Part shown: one piece after another, positions 42,419 to 56,769 of the stretch
Numbering within the stretch: position 1 is the stretch's first letter
Layout of the letters: every line of letters begins with the position of its first letter
From: Chrysomallon squamiferum
Lineage: Eukaryota > Animalia > Mollusca
Direction: 5' to 3'
Length of the DNA: 64,000 bases
Assembly (NCBI GenBank): GCA_012295275.1
Contig: CM022671.1
Span: 7,936,001 to 8,000,000 of the forward strand
Translations under genes and position numbers: made by a program
Notes under the pieces: model-generated
Database searches by the model: none
What the model was told of the DNA's origin: nothing
Seen by the model: the letters and a program-made list of their open reading frames with translations, nothing else

Positions 42419-42534
42419 TTAATGATGATGATAATAACAATAATAATAATAATAATAATAATAATGATAATAATAATAATAATAATAAAAACAACAGTAG
42501 TAATTATATTATGTAAAAAATTGTCCTAATATCT

Positions 42535-42573
<39 letters not shown>

Positions 42574-42801
42574 TTAAACATTACATGTATTACTGAAAGC
42601 ATTTGTAACTAATAAATAATACACACATGTACATATATTATATTATATATATGTATGTGTGTGTGTGTGTATGTATGTGTGTGTATGTATATATATATAT
42701 ATATATATTTTTTTTTTAAACATTACATGTATTACTGAAAGTATTTATAACTAATAAATAATACACACTGATATATTATATGTGTATGTGTATATATATA
42801 T

Positions 42802-42849
<48 letters not shown>

Positions 42850-45800
42850 ACATTACATGTGTTATAACTAATAAATAATACACACGTATACATATATTAT
42901 ATATGTGTGTGCATATGTGTATATTATTATATATATATAATTCTGTCAGTGTTATTTGTATGTATTGTTTCACCTGAAGGTTCAACATGGGAAGGAGCAC
43001 TTGACGTAGGCTGGTACACATGGCCTGTTGTCCTCTGTCTGTGTTTGCAGCAACAGCAAATGATGACCACAGCCAGGATGATGATGAGGATGATAACACC
43101 GATGATGATGGCAATAAAAATACCAACAGAAACAAAGAAAACACTCTCACCAGTAAATGATTCACCTGCAATCAAATGAAAGATGAGAAAATTAATTACA
43201 CAGGTAAATTTTGTTTAAAAAATTATTATTATTACATTTTATAATTGTTTTGTATATGAATAATATTAATAGAAATAAAAAAAATAAAAATACAAAAATT
43301 AGAAAAGCTACTAAACACTTGATAATTTTTTTTTTTTTTTAAAAAAGCTAATCAAATTTTAATAAATAACTTCTTTAAAAAAAGATAATAAACTTTTAAT
43401 AAAGAAAGCATTATGCAACCATATCAAAAATGTTTACTGTTTGTAAAAATGGACAGAGTATTAGTTATAAAAAACTATGTTCACATTAATCAGTTATTCA
43501 TTTACATGTTACATTAATTATAAACAATATGTGAATTATGCTCCATATCACAGTTTATATTTTTATTTGATATCTCTTTGTAAGTGTATAAAAATGTGTA
43601 TAACATTCTTGAATGATAAACCATGCACCAGTTGATATGAGAGAAGTGGGGTTTAAAAAGCTGCAGAAAAACCTTTAGAAATCACACTTTGATATAATAT
43701 ATTCTTTTTCATTAGTAAATGTAATATAAAGAACTGGGTAGAATTATGAAATTATTTAATATTATTTATCATTGCTAACCACATACTGAATAGCTAAAAC
43801 ATACATTTTCCCATGGATGTTTGGTATAAGTTTCCTCATTAAATAACAGTGTAAAAAGCATAATAAAAGCATGCATACACGATAATTTATTATAAATGTA
43901 CTTAAATAATTAAAATCAGTGTAATGTGTTGATAAACACAATAATCATGCAGGGAATAATAAACTAAAATAAAATAAATCAATCCAAAAAAAAGTATATA
44001 TATATATATATACTGAATTTACTTAATTTGTCCTACCCTAATTAAAAATATTCCACCCTGTTTAAAAATTTAATTTGTAAAGAAATCTTTAACCATGAAA
44101 AAATGGCTTTCTTGGTAAAAAGAGAAGAATAATATATAATTTTGATTTAAGAACTACTTACCAATGTACTGAAGCTCAAATATTTCTGATAAATTTCTCA
44201 TTTTGATTCTACAAATTATTTCTATTCATTAACTGATGAAGTTGCTTTAATAATGACAATCTCTGAGGAAGTACAGGAAAGGAAATAATAATTTGTTAAA
44301 TTTATTTGAAGGATTTATTGTATAATTATGACTGTTTGTTTGTTGTTTTGTTTTAGTTTAAAATTAACTTCACAGTGAAGAGCTAACCTATTCTGCTTCC
44401 TGTTAGATTTCCTTTGTCTGAAAGAAAGAAAAACATAAATGTGTGCATAACCTAAATAAACTAAAAACAATAACAACTCTTTTTTGTCGCGGTTTTTTTT
44501 TAATCACTATTATTGTTAAAACGGATTCTAATGTCAAAACAAATGCATTAAAACTACACAAATATAATTATTAGGGTTAACACATTATTAACAGCATTAC
44601 AATTAAGAAACTATAACAAAACAGAATTTAAAGTCTGAAAATAATTCTAAAGGAAACAATTTCTAAAGCAGTTCTTGACTGCAAATAATTAATAAAATCT
44701 GCATTACTATATTAAAAAAAAAAAAAAAATTATTTCTCTAATACTTAAACAATTCACCCTAAAAAAAAAAGAAAAAAAAATCAATTACTATTCACTGAAA
44801 CCACAGAAAAGCATGCATTACAAATGAATAGAAATAAAAAAACACAACAGCTGTCTAATCATTAAAACAAAGGTTAAAACTCATAGTGAAGTAACAGTGC
44901 ATGGTCAACACACCAAAGTGGAGACATTTTTAATTTCAGTGCTCAGTTTTTCATTTTTTTGTTTTAATCATACACATGCATGCACTCACATTCACAAATA
45001 CCACACACACATACACTCACATACAGATTCATACACTCACATTCTCACATACTCACATATACAGTCACATACTCACACTTGCATATACCCACATACACAA
45101 ACACACAAACAGGCCACAGATTAAAAATTTGACTCAGCAATAAATGATACAGTGTACTAAATGATGAAGTGAACACTAAAAGAAATACAGTTCACTAAAG
45201 TTTTGCTGTAGACTAAAACAGTTTCTGTTTTCCAAATAATGATACACTGAAACAATAAATGATACACAGTTCAATAAATGATGATTTTGAACAATGAATG
45301 AAATACATTTTCACAATATATGTTTTGTACATGATATTTTGAGCAAAACAGTTTCATGATATTTTGAGCAAAACATGTTTTGAGATGATTTTTGAGCAAA
45401 CAATAACATGATATTTTGGGCACTGTTTTAGTTCAATTTTGAGCAATGAATGATGTTTTGAGCAATATTGAATGCAATGAATGTTTTGTACATATTTTGA
45501 GCAATTTTGAGCAATGAATGATGTTTCGTACATGATATTTTGAGCAATATATGATGTTTTGTACATAATATTTTGAGCAATATATAATGTTTTGTACATG
45601 ATATTTTGAGCAATATACAATGTTTTGCATATATTTTGAGCAATATACAATGTTTTGCATATGATATTTTGAGCAATATACGATATTTTGTACATGATAT
45701 TTTGAGCAATATACAATGTTTTGTACATATTTTGAGCAATATATGATGTTTTGTACATATTTTGAGCAATAAATGATGTTTTGTACATATTTTGAGCAAT

Positions 45801-46577
45801 AAATGATGTTTTGTAGATGATATTTTGAGCAATGAATGTTTTGTACATATTTTGAGCAATTTTGAGCAATGAATGATGTTTCGTACATGATATTTTGAGC
45901 AATATATGATGTTTTGTACATAATATTTTGAGCAATATATGATGTTTTGTAGATGATATTTTGAGCAATATATGATGTTTTGTAGATGATATTTTGAGCA
46001 ATGAATCATTTGGGCTGAAATCATTCACTGTGTGCAGTGAATGTAGTTTTGTATAATGACTGATATCATATACAATAAATGATGTTTTGTTCAATTAGTG
46101 ATGTTTTGAGCAATAAATGACATTTTTATCAATTGATGATTTACCAAACATTAATAAGAATTGCAATCTGACTGATATGCTGTGCAGAATGATGATGTTT
46201 TGACACTGAAACCAGCTGCATGATGAAAGATTCAGCTATTTATGAAGAATATCTTACTTTCCTCCACAGTGATTTCAAAGTCATAATTTTTATTTGAATT
46301 CAGTTTTTCCTTCTGTAATTTTATTGTGACGTATCTGCTTCCAGAACAAATCTGTGTTGGAAAACTTTCATCACAGCCAAATGTTCTCTGAAAAAAAAAA
46401 AAAAAAATAAATAAATAAATAAATAAATAAAAAGTTTTATAAATTATGATTTTAATTAAAAACAAAATAATAAATAAATGTTACATAAAAATTATTATTA
46501 TTCCTAAGTTTTAAAAAGTTTTGAAAATCTTTTGGAAATCTAGGGTTTTACAAATTTTATAAATATTTAATATATTC

Positions 46578-46611
<34 letters not shown>

Positions 46612-48162
46612 TACTTATTTATTTATTTATCTAATTTACTTTTTTTAGAGGGTATGGAACATTTTATACTTATTAGGATTTAAGCCTCTAAGGCTTTCTG
46701 AGGGTTAATATATTACTGAATAAAATTTCAGTGTGCCAAAACCATAGTTCCATAATTTTATTTTCTCAGCACTGTTGTTATTTACTTCAATGACAATAAC
46801 AAAACAAACCAAAAAACATTACATTTCAAATTAAAAAAAAAAAAAAAAAAGATTTCATTAAATTGTTATTTTTTTTATTTTTTTATTTTGTTTTTCCCTA
46901 AAAGAAAAAGATGAATCATAAACTGCAAAAAAAATTATAATTGATACTTAAACGATTTTTGTTCATAAAAAAGTGGGGGAAAAAACAACAAAAAAGACCC
47001 GAAACTAATATATTGTTCATTAAACCATTAATCTTGAAATAATAAAACTAAGGCTAAAACCTATTGCATCAAGCTGTTTTTCTGATTGAAACAAAAACAA
47101 AAACAGTTTATAACAGCAACAAATTTATGCAGCATTGAGCAAAACAAAACTGCATCTCCAACAACAGTTTCTGTTTGTGTCAACTCACCCACGCAAAACC
47201 TGATGCCGACGACTTGTCAAATATTTTCAGCTTCACTCCGCAGTCTTTGATGTACATGTTGTTGAACGTCAGACAGATGCCGTTGTCAGCTCTCGCCTTG
47301 AACGTGACGTCACAGTGAAGTGTTTCATGCTGCAGGCCGCCTCCCTTTGGCACCACAGTGTAAACGTCACCGTCGATGATGAAGTCGTCTGCGATACAGT
47401 GTCCATATTTGTCCAGATACACTGAAAATAACAATAATAAATACTAAATGTTGTTTTGAGGTTTTTGTTTTTTTTTGTTTTTTATATGAAATAAAATAAA
47501 ATCGATATGAAAATATAGGATTTGGAAATAATGATAATTATTTAGAAACATAAAAATATAAATAGTTAAATAAATAAATATTTTAATAATTATAAAAATA
47601 ATAATGTTGGAGTTGATGATGATGATAAAAGTAATAACAATAATAACAACAACAATGAATAATAATAGTAATGATGATGATGATGATGATGACTATGATG
47701 GTAATGATGATGATAATTATAACAAGAATGTTCTCTGACTTTTAAAAAAATTAATTATATATAGTAATCGTAAAATAAGTAATTCAATCAAATTAAAACT
47801 ACTTAACCTCAGTAAATTTCAGAACAATGGAAGAATATTTTACAGTTTCCAAATAATAAAAAAATTAACTATTTCACTATTTCAGATGATGTCAAGACAG
47901 TTTCACCATTTCAAACTAACATAAAATCTCATTACTACAGATTAATGCAAGTTTATTTGGTTATTTCAAATTAAAACAAGAAGTAATCAAACCACATAAC
48001 CATTACCATCAAAGCCACATTGTGATCAGGAATGAAAAAGTATGTTTATTATCAAGACTACAAACCTGTTTCTGAATTCACAGCTGCAGAAAGAACCATC
48101 CAAATAAAAGAAGTGTAAAACAATCCCTCAACCCAGGATCGAATCCAGTAAACTCCTTCCAT
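41118..48162 (-). CDS. Uncharacterised type I membrane protein, 288 aa: signal peptide, CUB-like ectodomain, TM helix, CCCC, Pro/Tyr-rich tail with PSAP, PPGY, LYPSL and PPPY
   Basis: Six phase-consistent exons with AG/GT borders: 48162-48066, 47421-47189, 46387-46258, 44417-44388, 43165-42974, 41302-41118 (867 nt including TAA). Protein: MEGVYWIRSWVEGLFYTSFIWMVLSAAVNSETVYLDKYGHC...HCDVTFKARADNGICLTFNNMYIKDCGVKLKIFD...RTFGCDESFPTQICSGSRYVTIKL...YDFEITVEENKGNLTGSRIGESFTGESVFFVSVGIFIAIIIGVIILIIILAVVIICCCCKHRQR...EPSAPPMPPGYYGDQGQPAPVLYPSLPVIPPPNEQPPPYTPHPDQPYSPEANFPVAIETKSQYA*. The CUB-like call rests on Cys spacing and beta-strand pattern. Confidence 0.85.
41137..41150. promoter_or_regulatory. 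Canonical X-box sequence embedded in the last coding exon of the membrane-protein gene
   Basis: GTTTCTATGGCAAC matches the RFX consensus. Function is unproven. Confidence 0.35.
41671..41729. repeat. (GA)n microsatellite
   Basis: Direct inspection. Confidence 0.95.
42302..42490. repeat. (TAA)n/(TGA)n trinucleotide microsatellite
   Basis: Direct inspection. Confidence 0.95.
42535..42935. repeat. Three tandem ~130-140-bp units, each with a (TA)/(TG) tract
   Basis: taaacattacatg...taactaataaataatacacac recurs at 42575, 42717 and 42847. Confidence 0.85.
45280..46120. repeat. Intronic minisatellite, 30/33-bp unit (atattttgagcaatatatgatgttttgtac[atg]), about 20-25 copies
   Basis: Direct inspection, e.g. 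exact 30-bp periodicity at 45721-45810. It is the source of three overlapping spurious minus-strand ORFs. Confidence 0.95.
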
Positions 48163-50289
48163 TGTCACTAATAAAAGTTCCAAACAGTGATTATCTTTTT
48201 AACATGTTGAAAGCTTTATTACATTCGTAACAGATGAGAATGAATCTTTAAATCAAACACAAATCACTTTATCAGCAGACAGTGTGGTTTCTGTCTTGAT
48301 GTGTTCTCAAATCACAGTTCTGAAATTAAAAAGAAAATGGTTATAAATGTATGATGTGTAATACACCAGTAACATGGAAGGAATGAAAAAATCTTCCACT
48401 GCCATTATTGGAGAAAAATATATCAAAAGATCTCTTGTTAATATTAAACAGAAATAGCAAACAGTGTTAAAGCTGAAGATTTTTGCTTGTCGTTTAATTT
48501 AAAATAACAAGACATTATACATGTTGCTACATACTGAGGTATTTTTAACTAATTCACATAATATACCGGTTTATCTATTCTGACCAAAACAACAGTCTGA
48601 ATATGCTAATATACACCTGATATTTGTAAACCCCCCACAGTTTATGAAATTTAATATAAATTCAAATTGAGTCTCAACACATTAATAAAACCAAAGACAC
48701 TAACACTCAGCATTACTTCTGTTACTGAGACATACACACAGTTTGTTTTCTTTTCAAAACTGGCTTCTTAATTCAGTTTAATTTTAACTGCTTCAACCCT
48801 AAAAATTTTAGAACTGTCTGTCAATGTAATCTATTCATCAGAACTCCTAGTTTAATATTTTATTAATTTCTCCAACAAACGATGCACCCTACTGAACTGA
48901 AACATTATATTTTCAAACACTGCCTTGTTAAAATTTTCAACATTATATCAACATCACGAGTGATGATCATATAATAATAGTGGTAAGTATTTTCTTTTTT
49001 TCAGAATATAATTGTTAGATTAGCATCCCATTCTGTAGTTATTTTCTTAAAAACGATCCTCAACAGCCTGGTCTTTCAGAACCAGTGACAGGATTCTTAA
49101 CTGCCAAGTTTTCTTAGGACTGACTGTAATGTATCTAAATTGATATACAAATATGATGTATGACTTTAGCCACGTGAAATGTTTTTCTTTCTTTCTTCTT
49201 TCTCAATTCTGTTGTGTTCCACTGAAGTGCTTTTTCAGTAACGTAACAATAACATTTTGAATGGGGACTGAAGTATGTAACTGAAGAAACAGATTTCTTT
49301 GTCTTGTCTCTCCCTGTCTCTGAACTTATCAAAGACACACCCACACACACCCGCATACATATATATGTTCTTCTCTCTCTCTCTCTCTCTCTCTCAAGAA
49401 AGAGAGAAAGTACATATATGTTTCTATGTATATATGTGAGAAAGAGAGAAGTAAGTATATGTATGTTTGTATATGTATATGAGAGAGAGAGATATATATA
49501 TATCTATCTCTCTCATATACACATACAAACACATTCACATGTATGCACATCACATATACATACTCAGACACACATACAAATACACAAACATGCACAACTA
49601 CGCACTCACAATGACACACACAAATAAAACATACAGATGCTGACATAAACATAAAACAGTCACATTAAAATAATATCAAAATAAACATTTAGTACTAAGC
49701 ATTTAAAATATTAATGAACTTAACACTAAACAAAATGAATAATTTGATAAAATAACGACATAATAAAAATTACATAAAAAAAAAGAAATAACAATAAATT
49801 AAAAATAATAATAAAAATAAAATATATACAAATTATATTAACAACTGTGATAACAACAATAAAAACTATTATTATTATTATTATTATTATTATGTTATTT
49901 TTATTATAGTTTTATTTTATCTAAAACATATTTTTCTTTCATGTAACCCCCAAAACTGAAGACATGAGATGGGAAACAAAGGGTTTGTAACGTCTTCGTT
50001 CAATGACCTAAAAAAGCAGAAATCAATGGAACCATAAAAGTGCTGTTCTTTGTTCACAAAGAAAGGAGGAAACAAAATGCCTTATTCTTCACCGTGGGTC
50101 TTTCTCTGATATAACTTTACACTGTGATCAATCAAACTGTGCTAGACTTAAAGTATCATCCTGAAATTTTAAAGAGAACGTTTTTCAAGTGTGCTATTTC
50201 AGATGAAGCAGAATTATATATATTTTTTTTTAAATAAAAAAATAAAAAATAAATGAAAATAGAATGATTGAATATATTATTAATATTTA

Positions 50290-50347
<58 letters not shown>

Positions 50348-52309
50348 GTTGTTATTATATATGTATATATTCTTATATTTTATATATATATTTAACTATG
50401 TGTGTGTGTGTGTTTAATGCTTAGACTGATTATTTATTTAATAAATTCAAAAATATAAATATAAATGAAAATAAAGTGGTGTATAAATAAATAAAACAGT
50501 TTATTGTAATAATTATTATTATTTATCATTAGTAAAGGAACAATGGTAACAGTAGCAGTGGTTTAGATAGCAGTAAAAGTAGTAATAATATTAGCACTGT
50601 GGGTAATAGTTGTAGCAGCAGCAACACATGTAGTAGATGCAGTAACAGAAATTGTAACAGTAAATAGCAGCAGTAATAGCAGTAATAGTAGTGATGGTGG
50701 TACATATATTATCAATGGAAACATTACAGCAGTAGTAGCAGCAACAGCAACAGCAGCAGCAGTAGTAGTGTCTGTAGTAGATGACCAGTTGCACTAGTAT
50801 AATGGAAAACATTAATAACAACAACATAATAACATGTTAGATGAACACATTGTCTAAAAACGGCCTCAGAATGAAGGTCACAAATGATTAATGATATATA
50901 AATACACTACAGCACATTTCATGTAGGATGAGTGAGGATACAGGAAGGAAAGATGCTCTAACAATGGCTTCCTCTGATAAAAACAATACAAGCCAAATCT
51001 ACACACGTCTGTCTATTCTTATCTGGCTTTGTTAATTGTTTCTGTATTTGTTGTATTGTTTTATCTAGATGTGTGAAATCTGTATCTGTATCTGTTTGTT
51101 AGTGTACTGATATTTAAAAATATATATATGTGGGAAAAATGTACACTTGTTTGAGGCATGTTTTTGTGGGGTTTTCTTAAAATGATGAATCTGTTGTTAT
51201 TGGTCTGGGCTGTTACTGGAAGGTGGTGTCCTGTCTTATAAAGAGTTAATAATGTTTAGTGATCTTTAATGTAATATGAGTGAAATAAATCAATCTGAGT
51301 TTATATCAGTTTTTAGTTTGTAATTGGTTGTCTGAATATTCTGATTTTCATTGGTGAAAAGGATTATCAATTTTAAAAAATGGAAATCAATGCCTTCATA
51401 GTGCTATGATTTTTTTATTGTTTATTATTATTTTATTTTATTTTAAGTTTGTTGCTTTTATCTTTTTATTACTACTACTACTACTACTACTACTACTATT
51501 ATTTTTTTATATTTTGTTTAATATTAGTTTGTATTTATTTTTTTAGGTTTTTTTTGGTAGTTTTTCTGAGGAGATGGGGTGTATTACTTTGATGTTGTTG
51601 GGAGTTTTTTTTTTGTGTGGTTTTTTCACTAATCACAAATCTGTTGTTTATTCTGCATTCCACAATCCAGGATGTCAAGCACACTTAATCTCAACTGACA
51701 TCTAATTGTTAACAACTATTTTCATAATTTTTTTATCTAATGAAAATAACCACCTGCCTGTCAACATTTGTTTTTATTAACAGAAACTGAAAACAAATTA
51801 ACACTGTTCCAAAATATCAAACTTTCTTTTATGTTACCCCATTTTTTTTAACTGCTTATCAAATAAAAATGTACCTAAGTTCAATTTATACGCATATAAA
51901 AATTATATAACTCTGTGGTTTTCAGTACAGCTTACTAAAGCATATAAGAGAAGAAAAAAATCAATTATTTTTCAATAACATATGCGCACAGACTTCAATT
52001 ACATCTTTCTAGCACTCGGTTATTGACAACTGAATAAACCACTGTTGGTTATTAGTAAAATATCTCAGATACACAACCACAAACCATAATTATGATGTTT
52101 ATTACTCACCTAGCTGAAGGTTACTTAATATGTGTCATTGGATGTATCAAAACAAAGCTAATGTACTTTCACCTGTTCACATATTCATTGTTATCTTGTA
52201 TTTCTGCGGGCAGAGGGGGTTCCAAATTGGTTCTTGATTATCATTATTAGAAGTGGCAGTTTAGAAGGTGATGCTTTATTAGTATTATTACCTATGAGAA
52301 AATTACTAT

Positions 52310-52640
52310 GTGGGTTCGTGACAGTATTATTACATCTTCATGAAAATATTACTGCAAGTGTCCATGACAGTATTACTACCTGTTCATGACATTGTTATTA
52401 CCTATGTCCACGACTGTGTTACTACCTATGTCCATGACAGTAGTATTATGTGTTCAGAAAAATTGTGTTCATGACATTTTTATTACCTATGTTCATGACA
52501 TTTTTATTACCTATGTTCATGACAGTGTTATTACCTGTGTCATGACAGCATTGTTACCTATGTTCATGAGTGTTATTACCTATGTTCATGAAGTGTTATT
52601 ACCTGTGTTCATGACAGTGTTATTAGCTGTGTTCATGAAA
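52310..52640. repeat. Minisatellite, ~24-bp unit (gttcatgacagtgttattacctat)
   Basis: gttcatgaca recurs at 52467, 52491 and 52515, with degenerate flanking copies. Confidence 0.9.
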
Positions 52641-53377
52641 GAATTAAAATGAGCCAGCTACATCCTTTTACATTCAAACTAAACATTTTTTCTTTTAATT
52701 ATAAAAATATAGATAAATAAATATATAAATAATACATGTAATAATAAAAACCAACAATAGACCCATAAATATATGAATGTGTGTGTGTGTGTGTGTGTAA
52801 AATTTAAAACAAACCATAAAAAATATATTTATCTCACAGATTAATTAACAACATCTGTGTTTTAGCAGATGTGCTCTGAATGTTAAGTTCTGAATTATGC
52901 AGAATTTTTGTGTCAATACACACTAAAACACACTGCTGTATAATTCATTTTTCTCTGAATAAAACACACACATATACTCATATTTATATAAATATATATG
53001 TAATATATACATGCATTTATATATACATACACAAACATACATATTATATACATATATGTATGCTAACATACATACACACACATATCTAAACACACACACA
53101 CACACATGCATGCATACATACATATACACAAACATTTACAAAGAAATGCATACTGATAAATACATAAACAAAAATATTTATACACATTTTCATACACACA
53201 GACAAGCTACACACATGCACATACATACAGATTATCTAACACAAAATATATGAATATATACTCTCTCTCACACACACACACACAAATACACAAACACATA
53301 ACTATTTACATTTGCATACATAACTAGACAGCTAAGATGCATAGACAAACACTCACACTTATACATACTCGCACTCA

Positions 53378-53415
<38 letters not shown>

Positions 53416-53472
53416 AACAGACGCACTGAAAGACAGACATTTCAATGTCTCTGCAGACAAAACGTCACTCAC

Positions 53473-53650
53473 CTACAAGCAGTAATAAACTCACACCTCC
53501 GAGGTACTAATTAATGATTTTCAGATCATCACAAAATATACGTCCAACTTGCGTGTAATACAAGACTCACACATTCGTTACTCACAGTCTGCATAATTTG
53601 CTCTCCAGCTGTGCAGAAAGTATTGATTCCGCAGCAACCGTTTTAAAAGA
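53473..53650 (-). other. Candidate non-coding 5' exon of the membrane-protein gene; a second candidate donor lies at 52110
   Basis: Consensus donors AG|GTGAGT on the - strand at 53473/53472 and 52110/52109. The ATG exon begins at an acceptor at 48167, so upstream UTR exon(s) are expected. Exon extent is uncertain. Confidence 0.4.
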
Positions 53651-53949
53651 GAGTAAACACACAAGTCTCCTATGATTTGAATATAATTGATTACGAGTGG
53701 TTAGTGCAAATTTTAATGTTATTCTCACATTTAGGTCTTAGCAGTTATTACAGATTACTCAAAATGATAGAATTTTAATTGTTTAGGTAGCTTTATAAAT
53801 TTCATCATCATCATCATCATCATCACTATCATTATCACAACATTATTATTATCATTTATTTATTTATTCCCATTATTATTATTATTGTTATTAAATTTTA
53901 ATTGAGGCATTGGTAGTATTTTTTCAGTTCATTAAATGATATATAATTA

Positions 53950-54620
53950 TAAAGCTTTTTCATTTAACATTTGTTATAGACCTTATTATTCAACACAAAT
54001 ATTCTAAATGTTTTCATTTAACACACTCACATACTCTGAACATTTTCAATTAACAAACATTTAATTTTTTTATTTTATCCACATATTATAAACCTTTTTA
54101 ATTCATACACAGCCTAAAACCTTTTCATTCAACAAATATCCTAAACATTTTCATTTAAGCCATATATTCAATATTTTTTCATTCACCTTCCAAACATTTT
54201 CATTTAACATACATGTTATAAACTTTTTTGTTTAACACACATATTCTTAAACTTTACATTCATTACAAATATTCTAAACATTTCAATTTAACATACCTGC
54301 TCTAGACTTTTTCATTTAAGACATATATTCCAAATGTTTTCATTTAACAAATATATTCTAAACCTTTACATTTAAGACTCATATTCCAAACCTTTTCATT
54401 TAACAATATATTCTAAACTTTTACATTGAAGACACATATTCCAAACCTTTTCATTTAACATATATATTCTAAACCTTTACATTTAAGACACATATTCGAA
54501 ACTTTTTCATTTAAGACACATATTCTAAACTTTTTCATTTAAGACACATATTCCAAACCTTTTCATTTAAGACACATATTCTAAACTTTTTCATTTAAGA
54601 CACATATTCCAAACCTTTTC
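53950..54620. repeat. Minisatellite, ~28-bp unit (gacacatattctaaactttttcatttaa)
   Basis: gacaca recurs at 54487, 54515, 54543, 54571 and 54599. Copies become more degenerate leftwards. Confidence 0.9.
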
Positions 54621-54922
54621 TAAACTTTTAGAACTTATTCAGACTAATTCTATTAACTGAACTCACAAAGAGAAAATCATTTACTAAATGACAAAGTATT
54701 TCAGAAAGTTAAATTAATGTCAGAAACTGATTAATCATAATGAATATGTCTGAAAGGCAAGAGAAAGAGACAAAAGAAACTGCATATAAAACGAACTTGA
54801 AAATACTCTCAAATTAATTGTTATATAGGTCTAATGCTATAAAATAAATGCAGTGTCCAGGCCCATTGTAACATTCAGTATGTGAAATAATAGTAACCTC
54901 TGCAATAACATAAATAATAGAT

Positions 54923-54980
<58 letters not shown>

Positions 54981-56375
54981 CAACAACAGCAAAAAAACAA
55001 TAACAACAACAACAACTACTACTACAACAATAATAAGCCCTACTTACAATGAATTAAATATTTAAATATACAACACAGAAGGAAATATATGCTATCAGTT
55101 ACTGTATTGAAAACACTACCCTTCTTCCTTCTGCCAGAAAAAAAGAGAAAGAAAAAAAATAATAATAATAAAAGAAGTGAGGAAGTGAGTGAGAGAGAAA
55201 CAGAAGATAGAATATAATTAATTCAACATATCAACTAACCCACACAAAAAAAAGACATTACAATAGACCGACGATGATGAAGAATATAACAATATTCTAT
55301 TGAGAACAGTTTATTGATCTATCTGGAATTGGCTGGATTTGCTCAACAAAGCAACTGCACACTGTCAGTTTCAGGAACTATAGAAGACCGATAATGATGA
55401 TAATTCCCTGGTGATGGATTCCATGATTGTTGGCTCTGGTTTCAGAGAGGCATGATGCCAGTGGCCATGTGGGAGATGTACAGTGTAACACTTTGTGTCA
55501 GATAATGTAACATCGTGTAACAATTTGTATAACAATGAAGGCTTAAACTGTTTATTTAGTGTGTAATATTGTTAGTATCACACTGTAATTGTACAGGTAA
55601 CGGTTTATTAAATGGAACTGCCCAAGTACAAGAAGTAATTGTGTCATTTCTGAATGCAAATAGTAAACAAACAATAAATGACTGGTTCATAATACTAATA
55701 ATAAACTGGTATTATGTTTAATGTGCAAACAAAAATGTATCGTTTCAGATAAGGAATAACTTCATGGTAATTTAATTTAATTACTATTTTATTATTAATT
55801 GCACACAAAACAGTGGTTTCCAAATTTTTGGTAGTGTCTTTAGGATTGTTATGAATATTTTAAATTTGGAGAAAAGTACATAAATTTTTTTTTAGTTTTT
55901 TTTTTTTTTTATATAAATTAAAAATAAATAAAAATTAAAGTTTTAAAAACCTTAAACCACACAATAATCTGTTATTTCTGTTTTGACCAGATAATCAATA
56001 CTGCTACAAATGGCTGCCATACCTTTAATAATTAACCAATGCCACAGAGATTCAAAATGCACGTGAGTACATAAAGACGAATTCACACAAGACAAGATTG
56101 TCTACCACACTGATTACACACTCCTTGGTTCATCTCTAGTTTCAAATCATGTTTCGCTGGTCATGTTTAACTAGACAGAAATGGTAAATGTCATTACAAC
56201 CCGAATTAGAATATTGATCAGAAATTACGAAGTTAAACTAATCATATGTGAAATAACTAGTGTATTTAATGTACCAAGATTATGAAACATTAAAAAAAAA
56301 AATTATATTAAATTTTTTTTTTTTTTTAAACATAGAGAACATGGAGTACAGTAGTTGTATTTATTTGTTTTTTTT

Positions 56376-56407
<32 letters not shown>

Positions 56408-56483
56408 CATATTCATTTTATTATTATTTGTTCATTATATATATATATATTTTTAATATTACCTGTTTAATAGGAACTTTTGT

Positions 56484-56515
<32 letters not shown>

Positions 56516-56684
56516 TATTATTCACTTATTTTCATTTATTATTATTGATTATGTTTTTTCTAAATTTTATTTACTTGTTTTTGTTTTTATTTATGTATTT
56601 TAAAATATTTTATATTTGAATTTAAATAGCTAATTAACAATAAAACAAAAATATAGTTGATGGATACATACATACACATGAACT

Positions 56685-56687
<3 letters not shown>

Positions 56688-56769
<82 letters not shown>

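Noticed and set aside
55811-55830. CAGTGGTTTCCAAA, resembling a hAT/Charlie terminal repeat
   Set aside because: No matching opposite end or 8-bp target duplication was found.
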